A DNA stretch of 64,000 bases from an uncultured candidatus Porisulfidus sp. (GTDB lineage Bacteria > Pseudomonadota > Gammaproteobacteria > Poriferisulfidales > Poriferisulfidaceae), in contig OZ251520.1 in assembly GCA_965242985.1 (NCBI GenBank), positions 1,683,227-1,747,226 of the forward strand, read 5' to 3'. Both the position numbers and the translations under genes were made by a program. The first letter of the stretch is position 1; each line of letters opens with the position of its first letter. Below the pieces are notes generated by a model, which worked only from the letters and a program-made list of their open reading frames with translations, searched no databases and was not told the DNA's origin. Shown here in pieces: positions 55,491 through 64,000 of this stretch.

Positions 55491-56972
55491 GTGTGCGGGC
55501 TGCTCGGCATCGTCGGCCGGCGCGAGATCGCGCCGGACCTGTACGAGGGGCTGACCGTGCTGCAGCACCGCGGCCAGGACGCCGCCGGCCTGACCACCTG
55601 CGGCGAGGACGACCGCCTGCACCAGCTGCGCGGCAACGGCCTGATCCGCGACGTGTGCCGCGGCGAGCGCCTGGCGCGGCTGCGCGGGCGCGCCGGCATC
55701 GGCCACCTGCGCTACCCCACCGCCGGCACCGAGCGCTCCGAGGAGGCGCAGCCGTTCTACGTCAACTCGCCGTTCGGCATCGCCCTCGGCCACAACGGCA
55801 ACCTGAACAACACCGCGGCCCTGGCGCGCGAGCTGTACCGCGACGACAAGCGCCACATCAACACCGAGTCGGACTCCGAGATCCTGCTCAACGTGCTGGC
55901 GCACGAGCTGCTCAAGCAGCCGGACCTGCGCCGCCGGGACCCGGCCGCGCTGTTCCGCGCCGTGGCCGGCGCGCACCGGCGCTGCGCCGGCGCCTACGCC
56001 GCGGTCTGCCTGATCGCCGGCGGCGGCGTGCTGGCCTTCCGCGACCCCCACGGCATCCGCCCGCTGGTGTACGGCCACCGCGGCGCGGGCGCGGCGCGCG
56101 AGCACATCGTCGCCTCCGAGAGCGTGGCGCTGGACATGCTCGGCTTCACGCTCGAGCGCGACCTGCGCCCGGGCGAGGCGCTGTTCATCGACCTCGACGG
56201 CGAGGTGCGCAGCAGCCGCGCCGAGGCCGCGGCGCCGTTCGCGCCGTGCATCTTCGAGTACGTGTACTTCGCGCGCCCGGACTCGGTGATGAACGGCGTC
56301 TCGGTGCAGCGCTCGCGCATGCGCATGGGCAAGCGGCTGGCCAACAAGATCCTGCGCGAGTGGCCGGAGCACGACATCGACGTGGTGATCCCGATCCCCG
56401 ACACCAGCCGCACCGCGGCGCTGGAGATGGCCTACCGGCTGGACCGCCCGTACCGCGAGGGCTTCATCAAGAACCGCTACATCGGCCGCACCTTCATCAT
56501 GCCGGAGGCGCCGGAGCGCCGCGCCTCGGTGCGCCGCAAGCTGAACCCGATCCGCAACGAGTACGAGGGCATGAACGTGCTGCTGGTGGACGATTCCATC
56601 GTCCGCGGCACCACCTCGCGCGAGATCGTGCAGATGGCGCGCGACGCCGGCGCGAAGCGGGTGTACTTCTCCTCCGCCTCGCCGCCGGTGCGCCACCCCA
56701 ACATCTACGGCATCGACATGCCGCGCGCCGACGAGCTGATCGCCCACGGGCGCAGCGAGGCGGAGGTGTGCGCGGCGATCGGCGCCGACCGCCTGATCTA
56801 CCAGGACCTGCCGGACCTGATCGCGGCGGTGCGCGAGGGCAACCCCGAGCTGCGCCGCTTCGACTGCTCGGTGTTCACCGGCGAGTACGTCACCGGCGTG
56901 CCGGACGGCTACCTGGAGGAGCTGGCCCGCACCCGCCGCGCGCCGGCGCCGGCCGCCGCCGGGGCCGGCTGA
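55491..56972 (+). CDS. purF: Amidophosphoribosyltransferase
   Basis: MCGLLGIVG N-terminal Cys, PRPP-binding LVDDSIVRGTT. Confidence 0.9.
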   Translation: MCGLLGIVGRREIAPDLYEGLTVLQHRGQDAAGLTTCGEDDRLHQLRGNGLIRDVCRGERLARLRGRAGIGHLRYPTAGTERSEEAQPFYVNSPFGIALGHNGNLNNTAALARELYRDDKRHINTESDSEILLNVLAHELLKQPDLRRRDPAALFRAVAGAHRRCAGAYAAVCLIAGGGVLAFRDPHGIRPLVYGHRGAGAAREHIVASESVALDMLGFTLERDLRPGEALFIDLDGEVRSSRAEAAAPFAPCIFEYVYFARPDSVMNGVSVQRSRMRMGKRLANKILREWPEHDIDVVIPIPDTSRTAALEMAYRLDRPYREGFIKNRYIGRTFIMPEAPERRASVRRKLNPIRNEYEGMNVLLVDDSIVRGTTSREIVQMARDAGAKRVYFSSASPPVRHPNIYGIDMPRADELIAHGRSEAEVCAAIGADRLIYQDLPDLIAAVREGNPELRRFDCSVFTGEYVTGVPDGYLEELARTRRAPAPAAAGAG

Positions 56973-56973
56973 G

Positions 56974-57531
56974 GTGGCGCTCCCCGCCCCGGCCGCCGGC
57001 GAGCTCGCGCAGGCCGCCGCCGCCGCCGCGCGCTGGCCGGAGCGGGCCGCGCGCGGCCTGTGCCTGGTCAGCGTCCGCGCCCAGGCCCTGTACCTGCTGG
57101 AAGACGGCGCCGTCGCCGCCGCCTGGCCGGTGTCGACCGCGCGCCGCGGCGTCGGCGCCCGCGACGGCAGCCTGCAGACCCCGCCCGGGGCGCACCGGAT
57201 CGCCGAGCGCATCGGCGCCGGCGCGCCGGCGCAGGCGGTGTTCGAGGGCCGCGAACCCACCGGCGAGACCGCCGCGGCCGGGAGCGCGCCGGGCCCGGGC
57301 GGCCGCGAGCGCATCACCGCCCGCATCCTCCGGCTGGACGGCCTGGAGCCCGGGGTCAACCGCGGCGGCGCGGTCGATTCGCGCGCGCGGTGCATCTACA
57401 TCCACGGCACCAACGAGGAGGACCGGATCGGCCGGGCCGCCTCGCGCGGCTGCGTGCGCATGCGCGCGCGCGACGTGATCGAGCTGTTCGACCGGGTGCG
57501 CGACGACGCCCTGGTGCTGATCCTGCCGTGA
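56974..57531 (+). CDS. L,D-transpeptidase (YkuD) domain protein
   Basis: IYIHGTNEEDRIGRAASRGCVRM catalytic His/Cys motif. Confidence 0.55.
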   Translation: MALPAPAAGELAQAAAAAARWPERAARGLCLVSVRAQALYLLEDGAVAAAWPVSTARRGVGARDGSLQTPPGAHRIAERIGAGAPAQAVFEGREPTGETAAAGSAPGPGGRERITARILRLDGLEPGVNRGGAVDSRARCIYIHGTNEEDRIGRAASRGCVRMRARDVIELFDRVRDDALVLILP

Positions 57532-58757
57532 GCGCCGCGCCCTCGCCGCTGCGCGCGCTGCTCGGCGCCGCCCTCGACCGGGTGCGCGGCGACGCCGCGG
57601 TCGCGGCCTGGCTGCGGGCCCATCCGGATGCCGCGTACGACCATCTGCTGGCCTTCGGCAAGGCGGCCGCGGCGATGGCCGACGGCGCGCTGGCGGCGCG
57701 CCCGGAGCCGGCCGCGGGCCTGGTCGTCACCAAGCACGGCCACCTCGCGGGGCGGCGCTGCGCCGGCCATCCGCGCCTGCGCTGCCTGGAGGCGGACCAC
57801 CCGGTGCCGGGGGCGGCCAGCCTCGCCGCGGGCGCGGCGCTGCTCGAATTCCTGGCGGCGGCGCCCGCCGACGCGCGCTTCTTAGTGTTGATCTCCGGCG
57901 GCGCCTCGAGCCTGGTCGAGGCGCTGGCGCCGGGGCTGGACTTGGCCGGGCTCAGCCGCCTCACCGACCGCCTGCTGGGCGCGGGAGTGCCGATCGACCA
58001 AATGAACGCGGCGCGGCGCGCGGTCTCGCGCCTCAAGGGCGGCCGGCTGGCGCGCCATCTGGACGGCCGGCCGGCCTGCGCGCTGCTGATCTCGGACGTG
58101 CCGGGCGACGCGCCGTGGGTGATCGGCTCCGGGCCGCTGTCGCCGGCGCCGGACGGCGGCGCGGCCGAACTGCCCGCGGCGGCGCGGGACCTGCTGGCGG
58201 GGATCGAGCCCGAGCCGGTTCCGCCGCCGGCGGCGTTCGCGAACATCGACGCGCATGTGATCGCCACGCTGGCGGACGCCAAGGCGGCGGCCGCCGCGGC
58301 CGCGGAAGCGCGCGGGCTGGCCGCGCACGTGCACGACGAGTTCCTGGACGGCGACGCCCAAGCCCGGGGAGCGCGCCTGGCGCGCTGGCTGCGCGGCGCC
58401 GAGGCCCCGCCCGGCTGCCACGTCTGGGGCGGCGAGACCACCGTGCGCCTGCCCGACGAACCCGGGCGCGGCGGCCGCAACCAGCACCTGGCGCTGGCCG
58501 CGGCGCGCGAGCTCGACGGCGCCGGGGGCGTCCGCCTGCTGGCCTGCGGCACCGACGGCACCGACGGCCCGACCGCCGACGCCGGCGGCGAGGTGGACGG
58601 CGCCACCCTGGCGCGGGGCCGCGCCCGCGGCCTGGACGCGGCCGCGGCGCTGGCCGCGGCCGACGCCGGCAATTATCTCGAAGCCGCGGGCGCGCTGGTC
58701 GCCACCGGCCCGACCGGCACCAACGTCATGGACCTGGTGCTGGCGCTCAAGGACTGA
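57528..58757 (+). CDS. Glycerate 2-kinase, MOFRL family (TtuD/GckA-like); GTG start overlapping upstream stop
   Basis: DUF4147 + MOFRL-type sequence (VTKHGH, LISGGASSL, GGETTV, LACGTDGTDGPT). Confidence 0.65.
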   Translation: MSAAPSPLRALLGAALDRVRGDAAVAAWLRAHPDAAYDHLLAFGKAAAAMADGALAARPEPAAGLVVTKHGHLAGRRCAGHPRLRCLEADHPVPGAASLAAGAALLEFLAAAPADARFLVLISGGASSLVEALAPGLDLAGLSRLTDRLLGAGVPIDQMNAARRAVSRLKGGRLARHLDGRPACALLISDVPGDAPWVIGSGPLSPAPDGGAAELPAAARDLLAGIEPEPVPPPAAFANIDAHVIATLADAKAAAAAAAEARGLAAHVHDEFLDGDAQARGARLARWLRGAEAPPGCHVWGGETTVRLPDEPGRGGRNQHLALAAARELDGAGGVRLLACGTDGTDGPTADAGGEVDGATLARGRARGLDAAAALAAADAGNYLEAAGALVATGPTGTNVMDLVLALKD

Positions 58758-58760
58758 GCC
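58693..58760 (+). repeat. Left copy of ~70-bp direct repeat = 3' end of glycerate kinase gene
   Basis: ggcgcgctggtcgccaccggcccgaccggcaccaacgtcatggacctggtgctggcgctcaaggactgagcc, duplicated at 63843..63912 with 1 mismatch. Confidence 0.85.
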
Positions 58761-58764
58761 AAAA

Positions 58765-59898
58765 GTGGTAGTATTGGCCCCGGACGACTTGGCCGCCGGA
58801 CATCATCCAGCCATGAACTCTTGGGAATCCGCTCGCCGAGAAATCGCCGAGGAATATGCAGAAAACCATTCTCGCCCTTGGGTCATCGGCTTTTCAGGAG
58901 GAAAAGACAGCACAGTACTCGCACACTTGGCGATAGAACATCTAATGCGCCTCCCCGCAAGCAAACGCTCGCGGACGATTCACATCGTATCGAATGACAC
59001 TCTTGTGGAAAGCCCTCAAGTTGTTGAGCATGCCCAACAGGTACTCAAGGAAATTGAGAATGCTACCGCAGCATTCAACCTTCCCATCAAAACCGTTACC
59101 ACGATGCCCGAATTGGATGGAACCTTTTGGGTCAATGTGATTGGCCGCGGATACCCAACTCCCAATCAGAGTTTTCGCTGGTGTACCGATCGCATGAAGA
59201 TTCAGCCCACCACGCGATACATCAAACAGCATGTAAGTATTTCCGGATCAGTCGTCTTGCTATTGGGTGTGCGGCGGGATGAAAGTTCTGCGCGTTCAAA
59301 TTCGATTTCTAAGCATGATGCCTACGGCAGGTTACACCCCCACCAGCAAATCAAGGACTGCTGGGTATTTCGCCCTATTGCCGATGTGACGACAGACGAG
59401 GTATGGGAGTTTCTTGGCGCAGAGCCGCCACCATGGGGAGGAGGACATGAAAGTTTAATTAATCTCTATAGAAACGCGGGAGGTGGAGAGTGCCCGGTCG
59501 TAACTGCCAAGCAGGATATTCCGTCATGCGGATCATCCCGTTTCGGATGTTGGACCTGTACGCTAGTGGAAAAAGATAAAAGCCTGCGCGGATTGATCGA
59601 TGCGGGGTTTGACGAATATTTGCCTCTTCTAGAATTCCGAGATTGGCTGGTTGAAATCCGCAACCAGCCGGACCGACGCCTCGCTAAGCGCCGTAACGGA
59701 CAAATCAGTTTTACCGCAAATGGCGCTCATATAGCTGGGCCTTTCACCATTTCCACGCGTGTGGAAATATTAGAGCGCTTGCTGGAAATGCAAGACCAAA
59801 CCGGCTATACGCTAATCCGGCCAAGCGAAATTGAGCGGATCCGGGAAATTTGGAGTCAGGATATAATGAAAGGCTCCGAGGCAACGGCTACTTGCTGA
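58765..59898 (+). CDS. DndC/SspD-like PAPS-reductase-family (PP-loop SGGKDS) protein with C-terminal Cys cluster
   Basis: VIGFSGGKDSTVLAHLA PP-loop; CGSSRFGCWTC cluster; start may be the ATG at 58813. Confidence 0.65.
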   Translation: MVVLAPDDLAAGHHPAMNSWESARREIAEEYAENHSRPWVIGFSGGKDSTVLAHLAIEHLMRLPASKRSRTIHIVSNDTLVESPQVVEHAQQVLKEIENATAAFNLPIKTVTTMPELDGTFWVNVIGRGYPTPNQSFRWCTDRMKIQPTTRYIKQHVSISGSVVLLLGVRRDESSARSNSISKHDAYGRLHPHQQIKDCWVFRPIADVTTDEVWEFLGAEPPPWGGGHESLINLYRNAGGGECPVVTAKQDIPSCGSSRFGCWTCTLVEKDKSLRGLIDAGFDEYLPLLEFRDWLVEIRNQPDRRLAKRRNGQISFTANGAHIAGPFTISTRVEILERLLEMQDQTGYTLIRPSEIERIREIWSQDIMKGSEATATC

Positions 59899-59927
59899 AC
59901 ACATACAATCTTTGACAGGGGAACCTC

Positions 59928-60161
59928 ATGGATACAATTGCTTTGCTCAAGGACTCTGAAAGGAGGCAACTCGTCGAGGAAATGTGCGAAGAGGCCCACA
60001 TTCCATATCTTGTCTTATGCGAGTTGCTAACGGCTGCCCTAGAAACCCAAGGCAATTCCACAAGGCACAAATTAAATCAAAAGATCGAGCAAATCATAGA
60101 ACCCCAAGTCACGGCGGCACAGGAATTACCGGAAAACAACGGTAACGGTGCAGGCAAATGA
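59928..60161 (+). CDS. Small hypothetical protein (77 aa) between DndC-like and DndD-like genes
   Basis: Intact ORF with 4-nt overlap to downstream gene. Confidence 0.3.
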   Translation: MDTIALLKDSERRQLVEEMCEEAHIPYLVLCELLTAALETQGNSTRHKLNQKIEQIIEPQVTAAQELPENNGNGAGK

Positions 60162-62236
60162 TACATTTGGATTACATCAAATTGCGGAACTGGCGGTCAT
60201 ACAAATACGCCAAGTTTGAATTTCCTCCAGCAGATGAACAGCGCAATGTGATCTTGATTACTGGAGTAAGTGAATGTGGAAAGACCTCGTTTTTCGAGGC
60301 ACTGGTACTTGGGCTGTACGGTCAGCGGGGCCTACGCTTGGCTCCTAGGGCCCGAAAGTCAAAGGGAGATGATGAGGCTAGAACTATGAACTACAGCCGG
60401 TTTATGGAAAGCGTACTGCATGAAGACTTTTTGAATGCAGAACAACGGTTGAACGCGGAACAACAACAAAGCTTGACTTGCGAAGTCGAAATTGCATTCA
60501 AGCTAAATTCTGAGCCGGTAGTCATTCATAGAATATGGCACTTTGACAAAGAGAGAAATCATCTTCCAGAAGATGATGACTTGCGGATACTTCGTTCGCA
60601 GGGACCCGTGGCGCCTCCTGCTATAGATGTGGAGGACCGGGATAAGTGGTACAGCGACTACATTGCTAGAAGCTTCTTACCAGTCGACTTGGCCAATTTC
60701 TTTCTGTTCGACGGCGAGCAGGCCCAGCATTATGCAAGCTTAGATATGGCGGACCAAGTGAAAAAAGGGATCAAAGGTCTGCTTGGATTAACCCTACTAG
60801 AAAGTCTTGCTGAAGATTTGCAGACATATGCGAGACGTGAGCGCAGTCACGTCTCGCACCCCGACGAGGAAGCCTTGAGTAACCTTGCAAATGAGATTGA
60901 AGAATTGCAGGGGCGCATCCGTACCAATGAAGAATTAATCAATACATTGGACAACGAAATCACAGATTTAAATCGAGATTCGGACAACTTGGTGAGAAAA
61001 ATGGAAGAAGATGATCAAGATTCTATGACTGATATTGTGGATTTAACAAAAGAAGAAGAGGACTACAGAGCAAATGCGAGAGAGGCCGCCCAAGGGGTTA
61101 GCGACCTCTTGGCTGGTGAAATGGCGTTGATGCTAGTAGGAGAGGAGTTGTTGAATAAGACGGTATCACAACTGCATGCAGAACGGAAACGAGAAGAGTG
61201 GGAGCAAGGTCGAGCACAAGGCGATGAAAAGTTTAATGAATATCATGCGGATTTATCTAGCCGACTATTGGCACTAGAACCACCGGTCGGTAAGGCGCTA
61301 CAAAAAAAGATATTGCAGGCAGTAAAAGCCGCATGGCAGGAGATCTGGCGGCCTTTACCAGAGGGGGCGGCAGATTCATATCTGCACAAGAGTCTGGCTG
61401 GTCGTGTTCGCAATCAAGCTGCAGAAAAGCTACAGGAAATTGATCAGGAAATTAATCAGAAATTAAAAGACTTGGCACAAAAGAGAGAGATGGCGCTGAA
61501 AGCAGCCGAAGAGAAGAAATTACAGCGCATGGCAGCACAGCGAAGAAAACCTGAGGTTGCTAAAAATGAGCGAGAGACATATAACGCAATTCGCGACCGG
61601 ATTCGCTCTCTGCAATCAAAAAAGCAAGAAACTGGGAGATTGCAAGAAAAGTTAAGGAGTGAGGCTGGCAGCAAAAATTCCGAGTTGCAGCGACTCACTT
61701 CATATATTACTTCCGACTCCATTCAACGCGCTAAATATGCCGAAAGAGTATCGGCCCTGATACAGAGAGTTGTGCAAGAAACCATACCCCATCAGACCAA
61801 AAATATAGGGGACGCGATGACTGCGGCCTGGAAGAAGATGTCTCACATGCCGGACAGAGTAGCCGAAATTAACGTTACCGACGCTTGTGAGGTCGAAATG
61901 CTGAACACAAACGGCGAGGACATCCGCAAGGTTGATCGGTCAGCCGGGGGAGAGCAAATCTTCACTCAAGCGCTTTTTTGGTCGGTAACTCATGTCAGCC
62001 AACACGAATTTCCATTTGTTGTCGACACCCCTTTGGCTCGCCTAAGTCATGAGAATAGATTGGGGGTGATTCGACAATTTACAGATCACTCAGGTCAGGT
62101 GATTTTGCTATCCACCGACACGGAAGTCGTCGGAGAAGTACTGGACGCCATCCGCGATAAAATTGCCATCAGTTGGCGGCTTGACCTGCATGAATATGAA
62201 AACGGCATTGGCCACACCACTGTGACGAGACTATAG
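60158..62236 (+). CDS. DndD/SspC-like SMC-type ABC ATPase with coiled-coil
   Basis: N-terminal Walker A GVSECGKTS, long coiled coil, C-terminal DTPLARLSHENR D-loop signature. Confidence 0.65.
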   Translation: MIHLDYIKLRNWRSYKYAKFEFPPADEQRNVILITGVSECGKTSFFEALVLGLYGQRGLRLAPRARKSKGDDEARTMNYSRFMESVLHEDFLNAEQRLNAEQQQSLTCEVEIAFKLNSEPVVIHRIWHFDKERNHLPEDDDLRILRSQGPVAPPAIDVEDRDKWYSDYIARSFLPVDLANFFLFDGEQAQHYASLDMADQVKKGIKGLLGLTLLESLAEDLQTYARRERSHVSHPDEEALSNLANEIEELQGRIRTNEELINTLDNEITDLNRDSDNLVRKMEEDDQDSMTDIVDLTKEEEDYRANAREAAQGVSDLLAGEMALMLVGEELLNKTVSQLHAERKREEWEQGRAQGDEKFNEYHADLSSRLLALEPPVGKALQKKILQAVKAAWQEIWRPLPEGAADSYLHKSLAGRVRNQAAEKLQEIDQEINQKLKDLAQKREMALKAAEEKKLQRMAAQRRKPEVAKNERETYNAIRDRIRSLQSKKQETGRLQEKLRSEAGSKNSELQRLTSYITSDSIQRAKYAERVSALIQRVVQETIPHQTKNIGDAMTAAWKKMSHMPDRVAEINVTDACEVEMLNTNGEDIRKVDRSAGGEQIFTQALFWSVTHVSQHEFPFVVDTPLARLSHENRLGVIRQFTDHSGQVILLSTDTEVVGEVLDAIRDKIAISWRLDLHEYENGIGHTTVTRL

Positions 62237-62247
62237 GAGATGTCGCC

Positions 62248-63777
62248 ATGGTTGAAATAACCGAACTCGGGAATATGTCGTTTCACCCAAGTGAACCGGC
62301 AGATAAAATTTTCGACGACCTGCAAGGTCAGCTAGGACTGCCTGCTCGATACTATACAGCGAAATTAGCTATCGCTCGATCATTATCGGAGGCAGAACAC
62401 TTCGGCTTAGAGGCTAAAGACAACAGCCGAAGCACCGAACTTCGCGGTCACCAATTATTCGGTCGAGATACTAAAAATCTTGCGGCATGGTTAGCGTTGA
62501 TTGTTCAGCATAGCGGTGCACAGGATCTTAAGCGGGACCAGTTCAGACATCTGATTCACTCCCATTTGAACCGAGGAGCCAAACTGCTGCAAGGAGACTG
62601 GGAAGCATCTGGGCACGAGTTTGAGCCTTTTGTGAACAAACTTGCTAAATTGGCCTCTGCTCCTAAACCGAGTAGCCCCCAAGTTCCTGAAACACAGGTT
62701 TCGCCGGTGTTTCGCGGAAAGATCGAATTACGCGTCGGTCCCACCGCAAAAGAAGTTCGCACTCAGGAGTCTGTTGTTTTCAAATTGAATATTGGGGGCG
62801 GGAGCCCTCACATGGCTCTTATGGGTGGGACAAATTCCGGCAAGACCTATACGGCTATAACCATGCTGAAAGAATTGCGTGCGCTTAATCAAGTGCCAAT
62901 GCTAGCTTTCGACTTTAAAGGAGACCTTTCAGAGAAATTAGCTCCTGGCATCAACGCGCAAGTAATTTCGCCGCCGCAAGAGACGGTGCCACTCGATATA
63001 TTCGCAACCCCCGATCGCAGCGACATCGGAATTAAAACCACAGCGGCAAAATTGCGCGAGTCCATACTTCGCGTAAAGGTAAGGCCCGCTGGGGGAATAC
63101 AGAGGGACTTGCTGAGAAAGGCCCTCATTACCGCATTACAAGCTAGTGCGCCTGGCGACCGCCCACCGGATCTTGGAAAGGTGGCCTCTGCTTTGCAGGA
63201 AGAATATGAGGACGCAGGGCAAAGACCTGATGAATTGGTTTCCACACTCAATGAGTTGTGTGAATTTGATTTATTTGCTCCCCAATATTCTCCAGCCGAT
63301 TTTTTCGCAAAAAGCTGGGTTATTCGTCTGCCTCAAGACGGTTCTGAGGAAATGCGACGCTTGATTGTCAATTTGACCTTGGATGCGCTGGACCGCTGGA
63401 TTAATGCTCAGAATGACGCTCCGAGAGAAGAAGATGGGTGCCAAGCACTCCGCCATGTCTGCATGCTCGATGAAGCTCATGTGATCCTTTCTACAAAACT
63501 GCCAGCTCTCGCCAATCTGATTAGAATGAGCAGGTCTAAAGGAGGCTGCTTAATGCTAGCTTCTCAATCACCGGATGATTTCGCCACTGGGAGTGAGAAT
63601 TTCTTGGACAACATGGGGCTGACTCTCGCTTTTGCGACGCAAGCCAAGCCGACATCGGTTAGTAATATATTTGGCCCTCACAGCCGGACCTTGAGCAATT
63701 TGGAGAGGGGGAAAGCCCTATGCAAATTCCGAGGACAAGAAACCAAAAAGATTCTGGCGTGGACGCCAGACAACTAG
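62248..63777 (+). CDS. HerA/FtsK-like (DUF87-type) P-loop ATPase with ~180-aa N-terminal domain
   Basis: Walker A MGGTNSGKT, Walker B CMLDEAH, LMLASQSP. Confidence 0.5.
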   Translation: MVEITELGNMSFHPSEPADKIFDDLQGQLGLPARYYTAKLAIARSLSEAEHFGLEAKDNSRSTELRGHQLFGRDTKNLAAWLALIVQHSGAQDLKRDQFRHLIHSHLNRGAKLLQGDWEASGHEFEPFVNKLAKLASAPKPSSPQVPETQVSPVFRGKIELRVGPTAKEVRTQESVVFKLNIGGGSPHMALMGGTNSGKTYTAITMLKELRALNQVPMLAFDFKGDLSEKLAPGINAQVISPPQETVPLDIFATPDRSDIGIKTTAAKLRESILRVKVRPAGGIQRDLLRKALITALQASAPGDRPPDLGKVASALQEEYEDAGQRPDELVSTLNELCEFDLFAPQYSPADFFAKSWVIRLPQDGSEEMRRLIVNLTLDALDRWINAQNDAPREEDGCQALRHVCMLDEAHVILSTKLPALANLIRMSRSKGGCLMLASQSPDDFATGSENFLDNMGLTLAFATQAKPTSVSNIFGPHSRTLSNLERGKALCKFRGQETKKILAWTPDN

Positions 63778-63842
63778 ACAACAAAATCATCGTCCGCATT
63801 GACAGCGCGGTGGACTCCTCCAATTCCGCCAAGATCAAAATG

Positions 63843-63912
63843 CCGGCGCGCTGGTCGCCGCCGGCCCGACCGGCACCAACGTCATGGACCTGGTGCTGGC
63901 GCTCAAGGACTG
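63843..63912 (+). repeat. Right copy of ~70-bp direct repeat (glycerate kinase 3' end) closing the islet
   Basis: Near-identical to 58693..58760. Confidence 0.85.
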
Positions 63913-64000
63913 AGCCCGGCCGCCGACCGCGGGTGCAGGCCGCCGGCGTCCGCCGCCAGCCAGCCGCCCTGCTCGTACCAGTCGCCGAGCACCGCGCGCA

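Noticed and set aside
1-64000. CRISPR arrays, rRNA or tRNA genes
   Set aside because: No regularly spaced identical short repeats with unique spacers and no cloverleaf-compatible tRNA-like stretches were seen by eye. The tandem repeats found are contiguous iteron-type arrays. A tRNA scan program would be needed to exclude tRNAs definitively.

Overview
This 64-kb window is a high-GC (~70%) proteobacterial chromosome segment broken up by several lower-GC (45-55%) accessory islets. Genes I recognise as core are metY, a gamma-carbonic-anhydrase-like gene, dedD-cvpA-purF, an L,D-transpeptidase, a MOFRL glycerate kinase, nspC and a HAD hydrolase. The window also holds two full-length Slam-like (DUF560) outer-membrane genes, a truncated Slam paralog, and an ~890-aa surface lipoprotein with a TbpB/fHbp-like C-terminal barrel next to the second Slam. 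Almost everything else looks like conflict or defense cargo: a COG1373/DUF4143 ATPase plus a 1370-aa STAND-NTPase with a C-terminal PD-(D/E)xK domain; an AbiL/PARIS-like ATPase + Toprim (RloB) pair; two separate ubiquitin-like conjugation (6E/Bub-like) operons with tandem-beta-grasp multiubiquitin proteins; two Panacea (DUF4065) antitoxin modules; an 1139-aa M78-peptidase/UvrD-helicase/Cas4-like-nuclease fusion in a 3-gene operon with a sigma70-like regulator; an RT-nitrilase fusion typical of DRT type 1; a DUF4411 + HTH-ImmA pair disrupted by an in-frame stop; and a DndC/DndD-like module plus a HerA/FtsK-like ATPase inside a 5-kb islet precisely flanked by ~70-bp direct repeats of the glycerate kinase 3' end. 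Other structure: duplicated promoter/5'-gene segments, iteron-like tandem repeat arrays, a perfect 18-bp palindrome pair, and two long homopolymeric G/C tracts, one upstream of the surface lipoprotein and one inside a coding sequence. The long ORFs on the opposite or alternative frames in the GC-rich parts are treated as spurious.
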